This document shows positions 59,924-64,000 of a DNA stretch of 64,000 bases, piece after piece. How positions within the stretch are numbered: position 1 is the stretch's first letter; each line of letters starts with the position of its first letter. A program made the translations under genes and the position numbers. Where the stretch lies: the NCBI GenBank assembly GCA_000965745.1, contig CP009479.1, positions 1,920,001 through 1,984,000 on the forward strand, in the 5' to 3' direction. Source of the DNA: an uncultured archaeon. GTDB lineage: Archaea > Thermoplasmatota > Thermoplasmata > Thermoplasmatales > Thermoplasmataceae. The notes below the pieces were generated by a model. It worked only from the letters and a program-made list of their open reading frames with translations, was not told the DNA's origin and did no database searches.

Positions 59924-60080
59924 GGGTTAAACATTCCTAACCGAGATTTAAGTTTTGTTAATGAAAACCTTAATTTTCCCTTTTGTGGATTGGCTCAAAG
60001 GAACCTTTCCAGACGGCAGGGCCTAATCTTTCATTCCTGCCCGACTGTACGGGAAAACAATATTCTGTGACAAGACAATA

Positions 60081-60641
60081 ATGGATCATCATATGAAACC
60101 AACAAACAGGATAATGGCCATTTTGGGAAAAGATACCGACACATCGAGGCTCAAATCTTTGGCGAATGCTTCAAGCCTTATAATTCGCAGACGCACATAC
60201 GCCCTTGAAGTGGATTTTCATACAGACAACCCGGAAAGTGTGCTGTCTGATTTGAAAAAGTTCGCAGAAGTGAAGGATTACAGAAAGCTAAACGCTGAAG
60301 AAATCCAGTATGACAGGGAATACTTTGAATCACAGCTAAGGAGGAGGGACGAGATTATCCGTAATGCCAGCAGGATGTTCTCAGAGGAAAGGTACTGGGA
60401 GGCGCATACTGTTCTGGAGGACCTCTGGAAAGCTTCATCTGGGGCGGAAAAGAAGCTTCTTCAGGGTGTAATCATAATTGCTGCGTCAATGACCCACCAT
60501 CAGATGGGAGAGGAAGCGGTGGCCCTCAAAATGTACGGGAAGGGGCTGAAACTGATTGCAGAAGCTTCCGAAAAGTCCCCCGCGGAATTTGGTTTCACCG
60601 TGGATTTCTCATATCCGTGCGCTTTCCCGGATCTGTTCTGA
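60081..60641 (+). CDS. DUF309 domain protein
   Basis: [21 protein letters not shown]. Confidence 0.85.
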   Translation: MDHHMKPTNRIMAILGKDTDTSRLKSLANASSLIIRRRTYALEVDFHTDNPESVLSDLKKFAEVKDYRKLNAEEIQYDREYFESQLRRRDEIIRNASRMFSEERYWEAHTVLEDLWKASSGAEKKLLQGVIIIAASMTHHQMGEEAVALKMYGKGLKLIAEASEKSPAEFGFTVDFSYPCAFPDLF

Positions 60642-60702
60642 TCAACTGTATTGCCAACGCCGGGTCAAAATATATATTATCTATTCTTCCATCGCTACAA
60701 AA

Positions 60703-61995
60703 ATGCAAGACATAGCCTCAGTACTCAGCAAGGATTCAGCGGGAAAAGAAGTGACAGTCAGGGGATGGGTCTACAGAGCGAGGAGCAGCGGAAAAATAGC
60801 CTTCATAGTGCTCCGGGACTCGAGCGGTGTGGTTCAGGCAGTTGCACACTCAGAGAATTTCACCCCGGAAGAATTCAACATCCTTTCGTCGTTGACCATT
60901 GAAAGCAGCATGGAACTCACAGGAACTGTCAGGGAAGACAGCCGGGCGATAACAGGGTATGAGGTTGGAGTTTCAGGTTTCAGGATATACCAGAGAAACG
61001 AGAGTTTTCCCATAACCAAGGACCAGAGCGAGGATTTCCTTCTGGACATCCGTCACCTCTGGGTGAGAAGCAGGGAATTCACAGCAGTAATGAAGATAAG
61101 GTCCACGCTTTTCAAGGCTTTCGCCGATTTCTATTACCAGAACGGATATTACCAGGTCCAGACACCCTTCATGGTTTCCACTGCGGCGGAGGGCGGTGCA
61201 ACCCTTTTCAAGGTTCCATTCTTCGGCGATGAAGTAAGCCTGACACAGAGCGCACAGTTCTATCTTGAAAGCCTTATTTTCAGCCTTGAGAAAGTTTTCA
61301 CAATTGGTCCAAGTTTCAGGGCTGAAAAATCCAGGACGAGGAGGCATCTCACCGAATACTGGCATGCGGAAATTGAGGCTGCATGGCTCGGCAACGATGA
61401 TCTCATGGAAGTGGAAGAAAGAATGATGGAATACATGGTCCAGGCGGTTGTCGAGAACAACAAAGAGGAACTGAAGCTTCTTGGGAGAGATGTCGAAAAA
61501 CTGAAAAAGATCAAGGCCCCTTTCGAGAGGATCAGGTATGGTGACCTGATGAAGAGGGCGAGGGAAGATTGGGGCCTGGATTTCGAATATGGCACAGACC
61601 TTGGGGCAGACGAGGAAAGGGCCCTGATGTCACATTTTGACAAGCCCGTGTTTGTAACGCACTATCCGGTCGAGCACAAATCTTTCTACCACAGGCCCGA
61701 TCCAGAGAACCCGAAAGAGGTCCTATGCCATGACCTCCTAGCACCTGAAGGGTACGGGGAAGTCATTGGGGGAGGAGAAAGGATATGGGAACTGGATGTC
61801 CTCGAGAAGAGAATAGAGGAAGCAAAGCTGAACAGGGATGACTATTACTGGTACATTGACCTGAGGAAATATGGAAGCGTTCCGCACTCAGGATTCGGGC
61901 TTGGCCTGGACAGGGTAGCGATGTGGGTCATGGGGCTTGAAAACATAAAGGACGCCATCCCTTTCCCCAGAACCATCAGGAGAACAAGGCCATGA
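60703..61995 (+). CDS. asnS: Asparagine--tRNA ligase
   Basis: OB fold [45 protein letters not shown]; start set at MQDIAS. Confidence 0.95.
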   Translation: MQDIASVLSKDSAGKEVTVRGWVYRARSSGKIAFIVLRDSSGVVQAVAHSENFTPEEFNILSSLTIESSMELTGTVREDSRAITGYEVGVSGFRIYQRNESFPITKDQSEDFLLDIRHLWVRSREFTAVMKIRSTLFKAFADFYYQNGYYQVQTPFMVSTAAEGGATLFKVPFFGDEVSLTQSAQFYLESLIFSLEKVFTIGPSFRAEKSRTRRHLTEYWHAEIEAAWLGNDDLMEVEERMMEYMVQAVVENNKEELKLLGRDVEKLKKIKAPFERIRYGDLMKRAREDWGLDFEYGTDLGADEERALMSHFDKPVFVTHYPVEHKSFYHRPDPENPKEVLCHDLLAPEGYGEVIGGGERIWELDVLEKRIEEAKLNRDDYYWYIDLRKYGSVPHSGFGLGLDRVAMWVMGLENIKDAIPFPRTIRRTRP

Positions 61996-62124
61996 ACATG
62001 GCATTCCTGAAGAACAATATATACGAATATGCAATCCGTTATTATGGTTGAGAATTGCTCTATGCAGACACAGGTAAGATCCCGTGCATTGCAGGCAATC
62101 ACAACCCAATTGGATGTGATGTGA

Positions 62125-63135
62125 ATTAATCCATTCCTGGCAGTTCTGAAAGGGGAGGAGCCTGAAAGGATCCCTGTATGGTTCATGAGACAGGCTGGGA
62201 GATACCTCCCGGAGTACCAGAAGATTAGAAGCGGGCGGTCAATTCAGGAAATGTGCTCAGATCCCAACCTGATAAATGAAGTAACACGGCAACCTGTCAA
62301 TTTGCTCGGCGTTGATGCCGCCATCATCTTCTCTGACATAATGGTGCCACTTGAGGCCATGGGATTTGATATAACATTCAGGGAAGGGATAGGGCCTGTT
62401 GTCAGCAATTCCATAAAGGAAAAGCCTGACATGGGCGGAATATCATCCTTTGACGAGAAGAACCTGAGGTACCCAATCAGGGAAAGCATCAGGAAGTTCA
62501 GGGAAAACAACCCCGGAATCCCGCTGATCGGGTTCACCGGCGGGCCAGTGACTCTTCTTTCATACGCCACGAAGGGTTCTGCAGACCGCGACCTCGAGAT
62601 CACAAAGAATGTTATGTATACAAGGCAGGACACCTACCACGAAGCCCTTGACATGATCTCTGAAATGGTGGTGGAATATGCCAGGCTTCAGGTATCCGCG
62701 GGTGTGGATGCAATACAGATATTCGACAGCTGGGCCGGGTCACTTTCGCCTTACATTTTCGAAAAATATGTGGAGAGAGCCCTTCAAGGAGTGATTGATG
62801 AGCTGAAGGGTTCAGGCATTCCGTTGATATATTTTGGAACCGGCCTCTCAGGCCTGATTGACCAGATAGCAAAGCTGAATTTTGATGTGCTAAGCATGGA
62901 CTGGAGGATGAGGCTGAGCAAGGTGAGGGCAGCTACCAGGGGAAAATTCATACTTCAGGGAAACCTCGATCCCAGGGTTGCTGCTACGCCCAACTACCTT
63001 CAGGAAACAAAGAATATTCTTGAGGACATTGGCGAGGACCCCGCGTACATATTCAATCTCGGGCACGGTGTAATCCCCATAACGCCTCCTGAAAACCTCC
63101 GTTCCATCGTCAATTATGTGCATGCATACAGGTGA
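62125..63135 (+). CDS. hemE: Uroporphyrinogen decarboxylase
   Basis: PVWFMRQAGRYLPEY, FSDIM, QIFDSWA, QGNLDP, FNLGHG; frame extends upstream of the ORF-track ATG to ATT 62125. Confidence 0.93.
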   Translation: MNPFLAVLKGEEPERIPVWFMRQAGRYLPEYQKIRSGRSIQEMCSDPNLINEVTRQPVNLLGVDAAIIFSDIMVPLEAMGFDITFREGIGPVVSNSIKEKPDMGGISSFDEKNLRYPIRESIRKFRENNPGIPLIGFTGGPVTLLSYATKGSADRDLEITKNVMYTRQDTYHEALDMISEMVVEYARLQVSAGVDAIQIFDSWAGSLSPYIFEKYVERALQGVIDELKGSGIPLIYFGTGLSGLIDQIAKLNFDVLSMDWRMRLSKVRAATRGKFILQGNLDPRVAATPNYLQETKNILEDIGEDPAYIFNLGHGVIPITPPENLRSIVNYVHAYR

Positions 63136-63139
63136 TCGA

Positions 63140-64000
63140 TTGAAGACTGCAGTTCTACTGATGGCATACGGCAGCCCTACAAGAATGGAAGACGTAATGG
63201 GGTATCTTGAAGGGATATACGAAGGCAAGCCGGTCCCTCAATACGCAATTGATGAGAACACAAAGAAATACAGGATGTTCGGAGGAAAGTCTCCCTCCAA
63301 CAGAATTGTGGAAAACGTTGCAGAAAAACTCTCGTCCTCGCTTAGTGCAGACGGCGATTTTAAGGTATTCCTGGGAAACAAGCACTGGAAGCCCACACTG
63401 GATGATGCTGTTTCGGCCATATCCGGTTTTTCCCCTGAAAATGTAATAGCAATACCGCTGTTCCCTTTCCCTTCAAAGAATGTGGTGAATTCGTACAGAA
63501 ACCCACTTAAGGAGTCATTGGAAGCCAGTGGCATGGATATTGGCCTGAAGGTGGTAAACGGATTCAATGAGCAGGAACTCTTCCTTAAGTCCTGGCTCGA
63601 TGTCCTGGAAGGATATGTCAGCGGATTCCCTGAAGATACCTTCTATCTGTTTTCTGCACACAGCCTCCCCACAACGAGGAGCCCTGAGGAGAATTACAGG
63701 CAGAGTTTTCTCCAGACTGCAGAAAAACTGGCATCCATGCTCGGGCTTAAACACTATGGCGCTGCATTCCAGAGCAGGGGCAAGTACGGTGCAAAATGGC
63801 TTGAACCCTCGGTGGAGGATGCCCTTGAATCGAACCTTGGCAGAATGGGAAAAAGCCTTGTGGCAATACCTCTCGGTTTCATATACGACCATCTTGAGAT
63901 TCTCTATGACCTGGATTACGAATTCAGGAACCTGGTTAAATCCAGGGGAAAGGAGTATCACAGAAGCAGCCTACCAAACGACAGCGACACATTTGTCTCT
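63140..64000 (+). CDS. hemH: Ferrochelatase (partial, runs off window); not in ORF track
   Basis: TTG start after GGTGA; MKTAVLLMAYGSP, GGKSP, FSAHSLP, FQSRG..WLEP, GFIYDHLEILYDLD. Confidence 0.93.
   Translation, partial: MKTAVLLMAYGSPTRMEDVMGYLEGIYEGKPVPQYAIDENTKKYRMFGGKSPSNRIVENVAEKLSSSLSADGDFKVFLGNKHWKPTLDDAVSAISGFSPENVIAIPLFPFPSKNVVNSYRNPLKESLEASGMDIGLKVVNGFNEQELFLKSWLDVLEGYVSGFPEDTFYLFSAHSLPTTRSPEENYRQSFLQTAEKLASMLGLKHYGAAFQSRGKYGAKWLEPSVEDALESNLGRMGKSLVAIPLGFIYDHLEILYDLDYEFRNLVKSRGKEYHRSSLPNDSDTFVS

Noticed and set aside
1-64000. CRISPR array, rRNA, integrase or provirus
   Set aside because: No regularly spaced repeats, rRNA signatures, intact recombinase or viral structural genes were seen

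Overview
Chromosomal segment of an archaeon, most consistent with Thermoplasmatales. The basis is the L7Ae-S28e-L24e-ndk-aIF5B operon, a thermopsin, GGTGA/GGAGG ribosome-binding sites, a TPP riboswitch and hemE-hemH. Most of the window is housekeeping, peptide-scavenging and transport genes: P5C dehydrogenase, LipB, SpeH, several peptidases, ThiBPQ, a four-subunit 2-oxoacid:ferredoxin oxidoreductase, ProC, HtpX, AsnRS and HemE/HemH. Mobile traces are an IS3 left end, an internally deleted IS607-like relic, an IS630 fragment, and a small hicBA-carrying island bounded by a 13-bp repeat of the tRNA-Cys 3' end. The best candidate for an under-described system is a divergent locus: sat + APS reductase facing a phosphosulfolactate synthase (ComA) fused to a winged HTH, with a 20-bp-phased TTGTGGGAA repeat in the shared promoter, suggesting a self-regulated sulfate-to-sulfonate module. 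Other highlights are an uncalled 39-43 aa Cys-rich microprotein upstream of the por operon, a cupredoxin-like protein with an atypical CxCxC...M...M site, a divergent SHOCT-bearing regulator/bactofilin-like pair, and an apparent ATT start for hemE. All calls come from reading motifs by eye; no database search was run.
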